Shown here piece after piece: positions 1 through 8,672 of a stretch of 64,000 nucleotides of DNA. Under the pieces are notes generated by a model, which saw only the letters and a program-made list of their open reading frames with translations, was not told the DNA's origin and did no database searches. Numbering within the stretch: position 1 is the stretch's first letter; every line of letters starts with the position of its first letter. This DNA is from Alphaproteobacteria bacterium (GTDB lineage Bacteria; Pseudomonadota; Alphaproteobacteria; GCA-2731375): positions 139,964 to 203,963 of the forward strand of contig CBDDDJ010000003.1 of assembly GCA_965226475.1 (NCBI GenBank), written 5' to 3'. A program made the translations under genes and the position numbers.

Positions 1-148
1 GGCCGGCCGACCCTGGAGAGCACGCTGCGTGAGTACGGTATTCAGCCGCGAACGCGGAATTAGCCCCTCGGTATCCCGGAACCGGGTGCCTAGGGGTCGC
101 TGGCCGGGCAGCAACGACCAACGGACGGCCGTCAGTCACTCCGGCGGA

Positions 149-1369
149 TTGACAAAGACGGAGCGATCTTTCCATTGTAGGGCAAAGTGGGAGGGTGCGA
201 TCAAGCGAGAGCCCAACAAGATACTGGTGGTCGACGACGAGCCGGATGTGGAACAGCTCGTGCGCCAACGCATGCGCCGCGAGATTCGCGGCGGACAGTA
301 TGAGTTCGTGTTCGCGCGCAACGGGATCGAAGCGCTCGCGCGATTGAGGGAGCATCAGGACATCGACATGGTCCTATCGGACATCAACATGCCCGAGATG
401 GACGGCCTAACGCTGCTCGAGCAGATCCCGGCGGTCGATCCCAATGTGCGCTCGGTGGTGGTCTCCGCCTATGGCGACATGAAGAACATCCGCACGGCGA
501 TGAACCGAGGCGCCTTCGATTTCGTCACCAAGCCGATCGATTTCGAGGATCTGCGGCTCACCATCGGCCGCACCCTGGAGCATATCGGGCTGTGGCGCTC
601 GGCCCTCGAATCCCGGGACAAGCTGGTCGCGCTGGAAAACGAGCTCGATCTGGCCAGCCGGATGCAGCAATCGATCCTGCCGACGAGCTTTCCCGAGACC
701 GCTGGCTACCGCGTCTTCGCCAGGATGGAGCCGGCGCGCGCGGTCGGCGGGGACTTTTTCGACGTGCTGCCGCTGCCCGGCGATCGCGTCGGACTCGCGG
801 TGGCCGATGTCTCGGACAAGGGCGTCCCGGCGGCGTTGTTCATGATGTCCAGCTGCACCTTGCTCAGGGGTGCCGCGATCGGTCATTCCGATCCGGGCGA
901 TATGATGCGCGAGGTCAATCATCTGCTCTGCGAGAACAACGACGCAGCGATGTTCGTCACCGTCTTCCTGGCGGTCTTCGATCCGGCCAGCGGCGAGCTC
1001 GTTTATGTCAATGGCGGGCACAATCCGCCGCTCGTTCTGCACGTCGACGGGACCGCGACGCTACTGCCGACGACCGAGGGGGTCGCCCTCGGGATCGCCC
1101 CCGATGTCGAATACGCCAAGGGGTCGGTGATCCTGTCGCCGGACGAGGCGGTGGTCTTCTACACCGACGGCGTGACCGAGGCGGAGAACCGCGACGGCGG
1201 GCAGTTCGGCCTCGACCGGCTGCGCGAGCTTTTCGCCGCCGGCCCGCCCGGCGACGCCCGCGGCGTCACCGCAGCGGTGTTCGATGCGGTACACTCGTTC
1301 GCCGACGGCGCGCCCCAGTTCGACGACATCACCTGTCTGACGTTGTGGCGCGGTAAGGGGGAGGGGTGA
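149..1369 (+). CDS. Response regulator receiver domain fused to PP2C/SpoIIE-type serine phosphatase (RsbU/RsbY-like)
   Basis: ORF 29-1369. REC motifs (ILVVDDEPD, DMVLSDINMPEMDG, TKP) are followed by a SpoIIE/PP2C block (GDFFDV, VADVSDKGVPAALFM, FYTDGVTEAEN). There is no in-frame ATG before the REC domain; an in-frame TTG at 149 is proposed as the start, and the true start is uncertain. The stop overlaps the next gene start (GTGA). Confidence 0.8.
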   Translation: MTKTERSFHCRAKWEGAIKREPNKILVVDDEPDVEQLVRQRMRREIRGGQYEFVFARNGIEALARLREHQDIDMVLSDINMPEMDGLTLLEQIPAVDPNVRSVVVSAYGDMKNIRTAMNRGAFDFVTKPIDFEDLRLTIGRTLEHIGLWRSALESRDKLVALENELDLASRMQQSILPTSFPETAGYRVFARMEPARAVGGDFFDVLPLPGDRVGLAVADVSDKGVPAALFMMSSCTLLRGAAIGHSDPGDMMREVNHLLCENNDAAMFVTVFLAVFDPASGELVYVNGGHNPPLVLHVDGTATLLPTTEGVALGIAPDVEYAKGSVILSPDEAVVFYTDGVTEAENRDGGQFGLDRLRELFAAGPPGDARGVTAAVFDAVHSFADGAPQFDDITCLTLWRGKGEG

Positions 1370-1782
1370 GCGTGGAACTGTCGCTGCGCATGGAGACGAC
1401 ACTCGACGAGCTTCCCCGCATCAACGCGGTGATCGAGGCATTCGCGCGGCGGGAGAGCTGGTCTGCCCGGCTTGAGTTTCAGATCAAGCTGGTTATCGAG
1501 GAACTGGCGATCAATGTCGTGAAGCACGGCGGCGGCGCGGGCGGGGCGGCCGAAATCGAGCTGGTTTCCGATCCGAACCGGGTGACCATCGAATTCAGCG
1601 ACGGGGGCCGCCCTTTCGATCCGTTGACCGAGAGCCCCCCGCCCGACACCAGCTCTGGGATCGAGGACCGCCCCGTCGGCGGGCTCGGCGTCCATCTCGT
1701 GCGCACCATGGTCGAGGAGGCGAGCTATCGCCGCGAAGGGGGCCGAAACCGCCTGACCATGGTCAAGCGGAGGGATGGGTGA
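1366..1782 (+). CDS. RsbW/SpoIIAB-like anti-sigma factor serine protein kinase (GHKL HATPase_c)
   Basis: 138 aa with the GHKL signature (EELAINVVKHGGG ... IEFSDGGRPFDPL). GTG start at 1366 overlaps the stop of the phosphatase gene, and its own stop overlaps the GTG of the next gene. Confidence 0.75.
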   Translation: MSVELSLRMETTLDELPRINAVIEAFARRESWSARLEFQIKLVIEELAINVVKHGGGAGGAAEIELVSDPNRVTIEFSDGGRPFDPLTESPPPDTSSGIEDRPVGGLGVHLVRTMVEEASYRREGGRNRLTMVKRRDG

Positions 1783-2951
1783 CGGGCCGGCGCGGGGTCG
1801 CCTTTCTGGTGGTGGCCTTGGGCTTGGCGACACCGGCCTTGGCCGACGCGCCCGGAGTCTCCAGCGGGCGTGTCCTGTTCGGCCAGTCCGCGGCATTCAG
1901 CGGCCCGGCCCAGGATCTCGGCCGCAACATGCGGCTCGGGATCGAGGCGGCCTTTGACGAGGCGAACGCGCGCGGCGGCCTTTTCGGCCGCCGCCTCGAG
2001 CTGTTGTCGCTGGACGATGCCTATGAGCCGGAAGCCGCGATCGCCAACACCCGCCGACTGATCTTCGAGAACGGCGTGTTCGCCCTGATCGGCGCCGTCG
2101 GCACACCGACCTCGCGCTCGGCGACGCCGATCGCCGCTTCCGCCGGCGTGCCCTATGTCGCGCCCTTCACCGGCGCCGCGTTCCTGCGCGAGGCAAGGTG
2201 GCGCAACGTGATCAATCTGCGCGCCTCCTATTTCCAGGAGACCGAAGTAATGGTCGATCGGCTGATGCGCGATCTCGGCATCGACCGCATCGCGGTGTTG
2301 TATCAGGACGATTCCTTCGGCCGCGCGGGTTATCGCGGCGTGCGGCAGGCGCTCGGCCGGCGCGATTTGAAGCCGGTGGCGACCGGCGTCTACCCGCGCA
2401 ACACCACTGCAGTCAAAACCGCCCTTCTGGACCTGCGCGCTGGCGACCCCGGCGCGGTGATCCTGGTCGGCGCCTACCAGCCGGTCGCGACGCTAATCAG
2501 TTGGGCGCGGCACATCGGGTTCGAGCCGGTATTCATCACCATCTCCTTCGTCGGCAGTAACGCCCTGGCGCGCGCGCTCGGCCCGGCCGGGGCCGGCGTC
2601 TTTGTCACCCAGGTCGTGCCTTTACCGACGGAGGACCGGCCCCCCGTCGCCGGGGCCTATCGCCGGGCGCTGGCGGCGCACGCGCCCGAAGCGCGGCCCG
2701 GTTTCGTCTCCTTCGAAGGATATCTCGCCGGACGCCTCGCCATCGTCGCGCTCGAACTGTGCGGCCAGCGGCCCGATCGGACCTGTTTTCTCGACGGTCT
2801 GAGGCGTCTGGAGGCGGTCGATCTCGACGGTTTCGAACTGCGCTACGGCGCCGCCGACAATCAGGGGTCCGAAGCGGTTTTCCTGACGGTCATCGGTGAT
2901 GACGGACGCTATCATCCGGTCGAGACGCTCCGAGACGCGCCGCGGCGATGA
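1779..2951 (+). CDS. Periplasmic ligand-binding protein, LivK/Peripla_BP_6 type (type-I PBP) with signal peptide
   Basis: GTG start. N-terminal signal peptide (VAFLVVALGLATPALADA), then PBP type-I motifs (LFGQSAAFSGPAQDLG, ALIGAVGTPTS). Translationally coupled to the downstream kinase (ATGA overlap at 2948). Confidence 0.75.
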   Translation: MTGRRGVAFLVVALGLATPALADAPGVSSGRVLFGQSAAFSGPAQDLGRNMRLGIEAAFDEANARGGLFGRRLELLSLDDAYEPEAAIANTRRLIFENGVFALIGAVGTPTSRSATPIAASAGVPYVAPFTGAAFLREARWRNVINLRASYFQETEVMVDRLMRDLGIDRIAVLYQDDSFGRAGYRGVRQALGRRDLKPVATGVYPRNTTAVKTALLDLRAGDPGAVILVGAYQPVATLISWARHIGFEPVFITISFVGSNALARALGPAGAGVFVTQVVPLPTEDRPPVAGAYRRALAAHAPEARPGFVSFEGYLAGRLAIVALELCGQRPDRTCFLDGLRRLEAVDLDGFELRYGAADNQGSEAVFLTVIGDDGRYHPVETLRDAPRR

Positions 2952-5125
2952 TCGAATTGTCCAAACGCCTGCTGCGAAGCTGCTTTCGCATCACCACGCA
3001 GCTCAATCTCGGTATTGGCGCGGCCGTCGCCTTCACCATCGTCGCCAGCCTGGTCGGTTGGATCTCCTTCGAGCGGGTCGGCGACATCCAACGTCGGGTC
3101 AACGAGGGCAGCGTTCCCGAGATCGTGGCCGCCTTCACGGTGGCGCGGCAGAGCGGCGCCCTGGTGGCCGCGGCCCCGCGCCTGACCACCGCGGCCACGC
3201 CCGGCGACCTGGCGCGCATCGCCGGCAAGATCGCCGGGGACCGCATGGCCTTCGAGGCGCAACTGACGGGGCTGGTGGAGTTGGAGCAGGACGCGGCGCG
3301 CTCGCGGCCGATCCGCCAGCGCGGCGAGGCGCTGATCGCCAGTATCGAGGCGATCGAGGCCTCGATGTCGGAGCGCTTCGAGTTGGACGCACTGCGGCAG
3401 GCGCGGCGCCAGGAGTTGGCGTCGCTTCGCGGCGAGCTGACCGGCCTTCTGGTCCCGTTGATCGACGATCAGCTGTTCTACACGATGACCGGCTACCGCA
3501 ATCTCGGCGAGGGACCGGCACCGCGCACGCGGCATTTTACGCCGGCGGAGATCAACCGCTATCGTCATCTGGCCGAGCTTCGGGCCGCCGCCACGATTGG
3601 GGCGCAGCTTCTAGCGACCGCTTTCAACGTCTCGGATGCAGCCCTGCTGGAGCCGTTGCGGGAGCGCTTCGAGGCCGCGGCGCGCGGCATCGAGCGACGC
3701 CTAGCGGCGCTCGGGACGGCGCCGGCGCGCCAGCGGCTCGGCCCGCCCTTCGCCCGGCTGATCGAGCTCGGCGCCGGGCCCAATGGAGGGTTCGGCCTGC
3801 GGGCCCGGGAGATCGCCCTCGAACGGCGGCAGCGAGACCTCCTGCAGCGCAATCGCGGCCTCGGCATCGAGCTCGTGGCGGCGGTCAAGAGTCTGGTCAG
3901 CGCCGCCCGCGCCAGCGCCGAAGCGGCCACCCGCGCCGCGGCCGAGGCCATCCTCGCCGGGCGCAATCTGCTGCTGCTGATCAGCGCCGCCAGCATCGTC
4001 AGCGCGGTGTTGATCGCCTGGTTGTTCGTCGGACGCGTGTTGTCGCGCCGCCTGGGCCGGCTTTCCGAGCGGATGCGCGGCATGGCCGAGGGCGATCTCG
4101 AAGGCGCGGTGGAGATCGCAGGGCACGACGAAGTGGCGGATATGGCGGCGGCGTTGGAGGTCTTTCGCCGCCACGCGCTCGAGGTTCAGCGGCTGAACCT
4201 GGTGGAGAAGCTGGCCGAGAAGCTGCGCGGCAAGAACGACCAGCTCGTGCAGGCGCTGGCCGAGCTGGAGCGAACGCAAGATCAGATCGTCATGCGCGAG
4301 AAGCTGGCGGCGCTTGGCGAACTCACCGCCGGAGTCGCCCACGAGATCAAGAACCCGCTCAATTTCATCAAGAATTTCTCGGAAGTCTCGGAGGAGTTGT
4401 TGCAGGAGATGTTGGCCGAGATCCAGAGGGCCACCGGCGAGGGCGACATGGAGCCGGACGAGGAAAGCCGGGAGCTGATCGAGGAGATCGGCGGCGATCT
4501 TACCGGCAACCTGAAACGCATCCACGAGCATGGCGAGCGGGCCAACCAGATCGTGCAGTCCATGCTGATGATGGGCAGCGCCTCGGGCGAGCGGCGGTCG
4601 ACCGATATCAACGCCCTGCTCTCCGAGCACGCCCGGCTCGCCTATCACAACGCGCGCGTGAGCGATCCGGCCTTCCGCCTGGACGTCGAAGAAGACTTCG
4701 ACCCCGAGCTCGGCGAATGCGAAGTCATTCCCCAGGACCTCGGACGGGTGTTCCTGAACATGGTAAGAAATGCCTGCTACGCGACTGACGAGAAGTGCCG
4801 CGCCACCGTCCGCGACCAGCCCGCCGGCGAAGCGGCGGCGGACTATGAGCCGAGGTTGCGGCTGGCGACCCGGCGCCTGACGGACCGTCTCGAAATCCGC
4901 ATTCGCGACAACGGCGGCGGCATTCCACCCGACATCATCGACAAGATATTCAATCCTTTTTTCACCACCAAGCCGACGGACCAGGGTACCGGGCTGGGCC
5001 TTTCCCTGTCGAACGACATCGTCCGCCAACATGGGGGAGATATCCGGGTCGATTCCGAGCCCGACGCGTTTACCGAAATGATCATCGAACTGCCGGCGAA
5101 CGCGGCCCACCCCCCGTCCTGCTAA
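2948..5125 (+). CDS. Sensor histidine kinase (2 TM helices, large periplasmic region, HAMP, HisKA, HATPase_c)
   Basis: 725 aa. TM1 near the N-terminus, and TM2 (LLLLISAASIVSAVLIAWLFVG) followed by HAMP. H-box (AHEIKNPLNFI) and G-boxes (DNGGGIP, GTGLGLSL). Confidence 0.85.
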   Translation: MIELSKRLLRSCFRITTQLNLGIGAAVAFTIVASLVGWISFERVGDIQRRVNEGSVPEIVAAFTVARQSGALVAAAPRLTTAATPGDLARIAGKIAGDRMAFEAQLTGLVELEQDAARSRPIRQRGEALIASIEAIEASMSERFELDALRQARRQELASLRGELTGLLVPLIDDQLFYTMTGYRNLGEGPAPRTRHFTPAEINRYRHLAELRAAATIGAQLLATAFNVSDAALLEPLRERFEAAARGIERRLAALGTAPARQRLGPPFARLIELGAGPNGGFGLRAREIALERRQRDLLQRNRGLGIELVAAVKSLVSAARASAEAATRAAAEAILAGRNLLLLISAASIVSAVLIAWLFVGRVLSRRLGRLSERMRGMAEGDLEGAVEIAGHDEVADMAAALEVFRRHALEVQRLNLVEKLAEKLRGKNDQLVQALAELERTQDQIVMREKLAALGELTAGVAHEIKNPLNFIKNFSEVSEELLQEMLAEIQRATGEGDMEPDEESRELIEEIGGDLTGNLKRIHEHGERANQIVQSMLMMGSASGERRSTDINALLSEHARLAYHNARVSDPAFRLDVEEDFDPELGECEVIPQDLGRVFLNMVRNACYATDEKCRATVRDQPAGEAAADYEPRLRLATRRLTDRLEIRIRDNGGGIPPDIIDKIFNPFFTTKPTDQGTGLGLSLSNDIVRQHGGDIRVDSEPDAFTEMIIELPANAAHPPSC

Positions 5126-5133
5126 GGATAGGT

Positions 5134-5472
5134 TCAGCCGCCCGTCTCGGTCAGCGCCTCCGCCCTGGTGCGGTGAATCTTGATGATCTTGTCGAATCCC
5201 GCCATATCGAAGACCTCCCCAATCGGTTCGGCGAGCGAGCACAAGGCGAACTTCGCGTCGCGTTTCCCGAGGTCCTTGGCGATCAACAGAATCGCTCTGA
5301 GCCCCGCGCTGCTGACGTAAGAGACGCCTTCAAGATCCATGATCACCGCGGCGTCCTCCTCGCTGATGGCGGACTTCATCGTATCCTCGAACTCGCGGGC
5401 GGTGACGCCATCGATACGGCCCTCGACCTCGGCGACCAGGGTTCCGTCTTGTCGTTCGGTTCTCACTTCCAT
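5134..5472 (-). CDS. STAS-domain anti-sigma factor antagonist (RsbV/SpoIIAA-like)
   Basis: 112 aa, SpoIIAA-like (IDGVTAREFE ... MDLEGVSYVSSAGLRAILL). Convergent with the kinase gene, with the gene ends 8 bp apart. Confidence 0.8.
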   Translation of the reverse strand: MEVRTERQDGTLVAEVEGRIDGVTAREFEDTMKSAISEEDAAVIMDLEGVSYVSSAGLRAILLIAKDLGKRDAKFALCSLAEPIGEVFDMAGFDKIIKIHRTRAEALTETGG

Positions 5473-5528
5473 CGCCGTGTCCTTTTTTTTGCTCTCCGCC
5501 CGCTTCGGCTCCGCAAGTGCTGCGGCGG

Positions 5529-5867
5529 CTACAGCGCCGCCTCGCCGGTCTCGCCGCCATGGATCCGCCGCGTGCCAACCACCTCGCAGACGGAGATCTT
5601 GCCGTCGTCGTCCTGGTTGGTGCCGGCGGCTCGGCGGATCGCCTCCATCACCGGTTCGACCAACTCGTCAGTCACCACCGCCTCGATCTTCACCATCGGC
5701 ATGAAAGCGATCCGGTATTCCGTGCCCCGGTGCATCTCGGCATGACCCATCTGCCGGTCGAACCCCTTGACCTCGCTCGCAGTCAGGTCGGTAACCCCGA
5801 CCTCGACCAGCGCCGCGTGTACTGGGTCGAGCTTGTGCGGTTTGACCACCGCCCTGATCAGCTTCAT
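5529..5867 (-). CDS. glnK: Nitrogen regulatory protein P-II
   Basis: 112 aa from MKLIRAVVKP. T-loop with conserved Tyr51 (RGTEYRIAF) and C-terminal RIHGGETGE. Immediately downstream of amtB. Confidence 0.9.
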   Translation of the reverse strand: MKLIRAVVKPHKLDPVHAALVEVGVTDLTASEVKGFDRQMGHAEMHRGTEYRIAFMPMVKIEAVVTDELVEPVMEAIRRAAGTNQDDDGKISVCEVVGTRRIHGGETGEAAL

Positions 5868-5891
5868 CAGCTTAGCGTCCTCCATGCCCGA

Positions 5892-7193
5892 TCAGAAGTC
5901 ATAACCCCTTTCGCCATGGGCAGCAAGATCGAGGCCCACCAATTCATCTTCCTCGTCGACCCTGAGACCGCCGGTCAGCGCCGCCGTGATCTTCACGATC
6001 GCGAAGGTGGCCAGGGCCGACCACGCCGCGGTGGCGAGCAGACCGACCACCTGAACGCCGAACTGCCTGGCGATCGTCATATTCTCGGCCAAGCCGTTCC
6101 CGCCCAGCGCCTCGACGGCGAGGCCGGCGACCAGCAGTGAACCAAACATGCCGCCGACGCCATGCACGGCAAAGACGTCAAGGGAGTCGTCGATCTTCCA
6201 TCGCTGCTTGACCAGTTCTGTGGCGAAGAAGCAGACCGCGCCCGCGGCCACGCCCAGGATCAAGGCGCCGACCGGGCCGATGAAGCCCGAAGCGGGCGTG
6301 ACCGTGGCGAGACCGGCGATGACGCCGGTCGCGGCGCCGACAACAGAGGTCTTGCCGAACTTGATCCACTCGGTAGCCGACCAGGTTACGGCCGCGGCCG
6401 CCGCGGCGATGTGGGTCGCGGCGATGGCCATGCCGGCGCCGCCATCGGCAGCCAGTTGACTGCCGCCGTTGAAGCCGAACCAGCCGACCCAGAGCAGCGC
6501 TGCCCCCGCCGCCGTCATGCCGGAATTGTGCGGCGGATGGATCTGATTGGGAAAGCCGCGGCGGCCGCCCACCATGACAGCGATGACAAGCGCCGATACG
6601 CCGGCGGTCGTGTGCACCACCAGGCCACCGGCGAAGTCCATGATTCCGAGCGCGCTGAGCCAACCGCCGCCCCAGATCCAATGGCAGACCGGCGCGTAGA
6701 CCACGATGAGCCACACCCCGCTCAAAATGAGCACGGCCTGGAACTTGACGCGCTCGACATAGGCGCCGACCATCAGGGCCGGGGTGATGATGGCAAAGGT
6801 CATCTGGAAAACGGCAAAAACGATCTCGGGAATCGAGCCGTTCAAAGCGTCCGGCGTCACGCCGGCGAAGAAAGCCTTGCCGAGACCGCCGATGATGCCG
6901 CCGACGCTGTCGGCAAAGGCCAGGCTGTAGCCGAGGATCAGCCAGAGCAGGCTCGCAACGCAGGTGATCGCGAAACATTGCATGATCACCGACAGCACGG
7001 CCTGGGAGCGCACCAGCCCGGCATAGAACATCGCCAGGCCCGGCAGGGTCATCAACAGGACCAGCGCGCTGGCGACGATGATCCATGCGCTGTCGCCGGC
7101 GCTGAAAGCTGCCTCCGCCGCCCAAGCCGGCTGAGGCAGGACGGAAGCTAACGGAATCGCGAAAGCTGGGCCGATAGGCCGACGCACGATCAT
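5892..7193 (-). CDS. amtB: Ammonium transporter
   Basis: Amt family motifs (DFAGGLVVHTTAGVSAL), signal peptide, and an AGGAGGGGG RBS before the ATG at 7193. The ORF-track extension to 7262 is judged to be upstream read-through. Confidence 0.9.
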   Translation of the reverse strand: MIVRRPIGPAFAIPLASVLPQPAWAAEAAFSAGDSAWIIVASALVLLMTLPGLAMFYAGLVRSQAVLSVIMQCFAITCVASLLWLILGYSLAFADSVGGIIGGLGKAFFAGVTPDALNGSIPEIVFAVFQMTFAIITPALMVGAYVERVKFQAVLILSGVWLIVVYAPVCHWIWGGGWLSALGIMDFAGGLVVHTTAGVSALVIAVMVGGRRGFPNQIHPPHNSGMTAAGAALLWVGWFGFNGGSQLAADGGAGMAIAATHIAAAAAAVTWSATEWIKFGKTSVVGAATGVIAGLATVTPASGFIGPVGALILGVAAGAVCFFATELVKQRWKIDDSLDVFAVHGVGGMFGSLLVAGLAVEALGGNGLAENMTIARQFGVQVVGLLATAAWSALATFAIVKITAALTGGLRVDEEDELVGLDLAAHGERGYDF

Positions 7194-7330
7194 CCCCCTC
7201 CTCTGACACCCGACCAGCAAATCATTTCTGGATGAACACCGCAACCCCGGTGTCGCTAACACACGATATGACCGCCGTAGGTACCATGTGATCTGTCCGG
7301 TTTAGAACGTCGCCTTCGAGGAGGGCGGCG

Positions 7331-8512
7331 ATGAAGCGGGCCGAGGTGTTGCAAGGACTACGGCAGATGAAGTTCGAGGAGATTCTGGAGCGCGCGAAGC
7401 GGCGGCGACTGAGCCAGGCGGAGGCGGCGTCGATCCTGGGGATGAGCGAGCGAACGTTCCGGCGCTGGCGGGGTCGCTTTGAGGCGGAAGGCGCGGAGGG
7501 TCTGTATGACCGCCGGCTGGGCAAGGTCTCGGGGCACCGGGTGCCGGTGGACACGGTGATGGAGGTTCTGGAGTTGTTCGACACGCGCTACTGGGACTTC
7601 ACGGCCAAGCACTTCCACGAGAAGCTGCTCGATGAGCACGGCTTCACGCGGAGCTACAACTGGGTCCGCCTGACGCTCCAGGCCCACGGGCGCAAACGTC
7701 CGGCACCGCGGCGAGGCGCGCACCGGCGCAAGCGGCCGCGCCGCGCCCTGCCCGCCATGATGCTGCACCAGGACGGCTCGACCCACCAATGGGTTCCCGG
7801 GCAGTGGTGGGACCTGATCGTCACCATGGATGACGCAACCAGCGAGATCTACTCGGCCTTCTTCGTCGACGAAGAGGGGACCATGAGCAGCTTCCGGGCC
7901 CTGGGCGAGGTGATCGAGGTCCGGGGGCTGTTCTGCTCGCTCTACGCCGACCGGGCCTCGCACTACTGGCACACGCCCGAGGCCGGCGGCAAGGTGGACA
8001 AGAACAACCCGACCCAGGTGGGCCGAGCCCTGGGCCAGCTGGGCATCGAACTGATCCCGGCCTACTCCCCCGAGGCCCGGGGGCGCTCGGAGCGCATGTT
8101 CGCGACATTGCAGAATCGCCTGCCGCAGGAACTGCGCTTGGCCGCCATCACCACGATGGCCGAGGCCAACGCGTTCCTGCGCGAGATTTATCTGCCCCGC
8201 CACAACGCCCGTTTCGCGGTGCCGGCCGAAGCCGAGGGCTCGGCCTTTGTCCCCTTCACCGGATCGCTCGACGACATCCTGTGCATCCAGGAGGACCGGA
8301 TCGTCGGCAACGACAACACGGTGCGCTACAAGCGGCTGGTGCTGCAGATCCCGGAGGATCGCCACCGCCGCCATTACGTCAAGGCATCGGTGCGGGTCCA
8401 CGAATACTCCGGCGGCACCCTGGCGGTCTTCCACGGCCCGCGCCGGCTGGCCCGATATCAGGCCGACGGCACCGTCCTCGACGAAACCAAGAACAGCAGA
8501 GCGGCCGCGTGA
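7331..8512 (+). CDS. ISNCY-family DDE transposase (N-terminal HTH + integrase core)
   Basis: 393 aa (SERTFRRWR HTH; MMLHQDGSTHQW ... LIVTMDDATSEIY ... SPEARGRSERMF). Identical to the protein at 46560-47741. Confidence 0.8.
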   Translation: MKRAEVLQGLRQMKFEEILERAKRRRLSQAEAASILGMSERTFRRWRGRFEAEGAEGLYDRRLGKVSGHRVPVDTVMEVLELFDTRYWDFTAKHFHEKLLDEHGFTRSYNWVRLTLQAHGRKRPAPRRGAHRRKRPRRALPAMMLHQDGSTHQWVPGQWWDLIVTMDDATSEIYSAFFVDEEGTMSSFRALGEVIEVRGLFCSLYADRASHYWHTPEAGGKVDKNNPTQVGRALGQLGIELIPAYSPEARGRSERMFATLQNRLPQELRLAAITTMAEANAFLREIYLPRHNARFAVPAEAEGSAFVPFTGSLDDILCIQEDRIVGNDNTVRYKRLVLQIPEDRHRRHYVKASVRVHEYSGGTLAVFHGPRRLARYQADGTVLDETKNSRAAA

Positions 8513-8534
8513 ACCGCTTCGACGCGCGCCCGGC

Positions 8535-8584
8535 CTGTGGATAAGTGGACAACCCGCCACGGCGGGTTCCCCACTTATCCACAG
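8535..8584. repeat. Perfect-arm palindrome/hairpin inside the IS right end (CTGTGGATAAGTGG ... CCACTTATCCACAG)
   Basis: 14-bp inverted arms seen directly just downstream of the transposase stop. Repeated in the other IS copies (about 9985-10035 diverged, 45131-45180, 46480-46529). Confidence 0.8.
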
Positions 8585-8672
8585 GCCCAACAACCACAAC
8601 AGAAGCGGTCAATTCATATGGTACATAAAGCGGTCAATTCGAAATGTTCTCGACACCCCGGTTGGGCCATCG

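Larger units (their letters stand above)
7251..8655 (+). mobile_element. ISNCY-family (IS1202-group-like) insertion sequence, copy 1, intact
   Basis: Termini TGTCGCTAACAC ... TGTTCTCGACA are shared with copy 4. Encodes a 393-aa transposase and carries an internal palindrome near the right end. Confidence 0.75.

Noticed and set aside
2896-4788. 630-aa alternative-frame ORF and the 513-aa minus-strand ORF (3701-5242) over the sensor kinase gene
   Set aside because: The kinase frame carries TM, HAMP, HisKA and HATPase signatures. The overlapping frames are Arg/Gly/Pro-rich junk.
5473-5528. T8 run plus small hairpin between glnK and the STAS gene, considered as a terminator
   Set aside because: On the transcribed (minus) strand the run is A8 and it precedes the STAS start; it does not follow a hairpin. 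This is not a rho-independent terminator geometry.
5892-7193. amtB-before-glnK gene order as an anomaly
   Set aside because: The amtB-glnK order, although reversed relative to E. coli glnK-amtB, is known in other lineages (for example nrgAB-type loci), so it is not novel by itself.
6162-7209. 329- and 343-aa ORFs overlapping amtB
   Set aside because: They are alternative frames of the clearly identifiable amtB gene.
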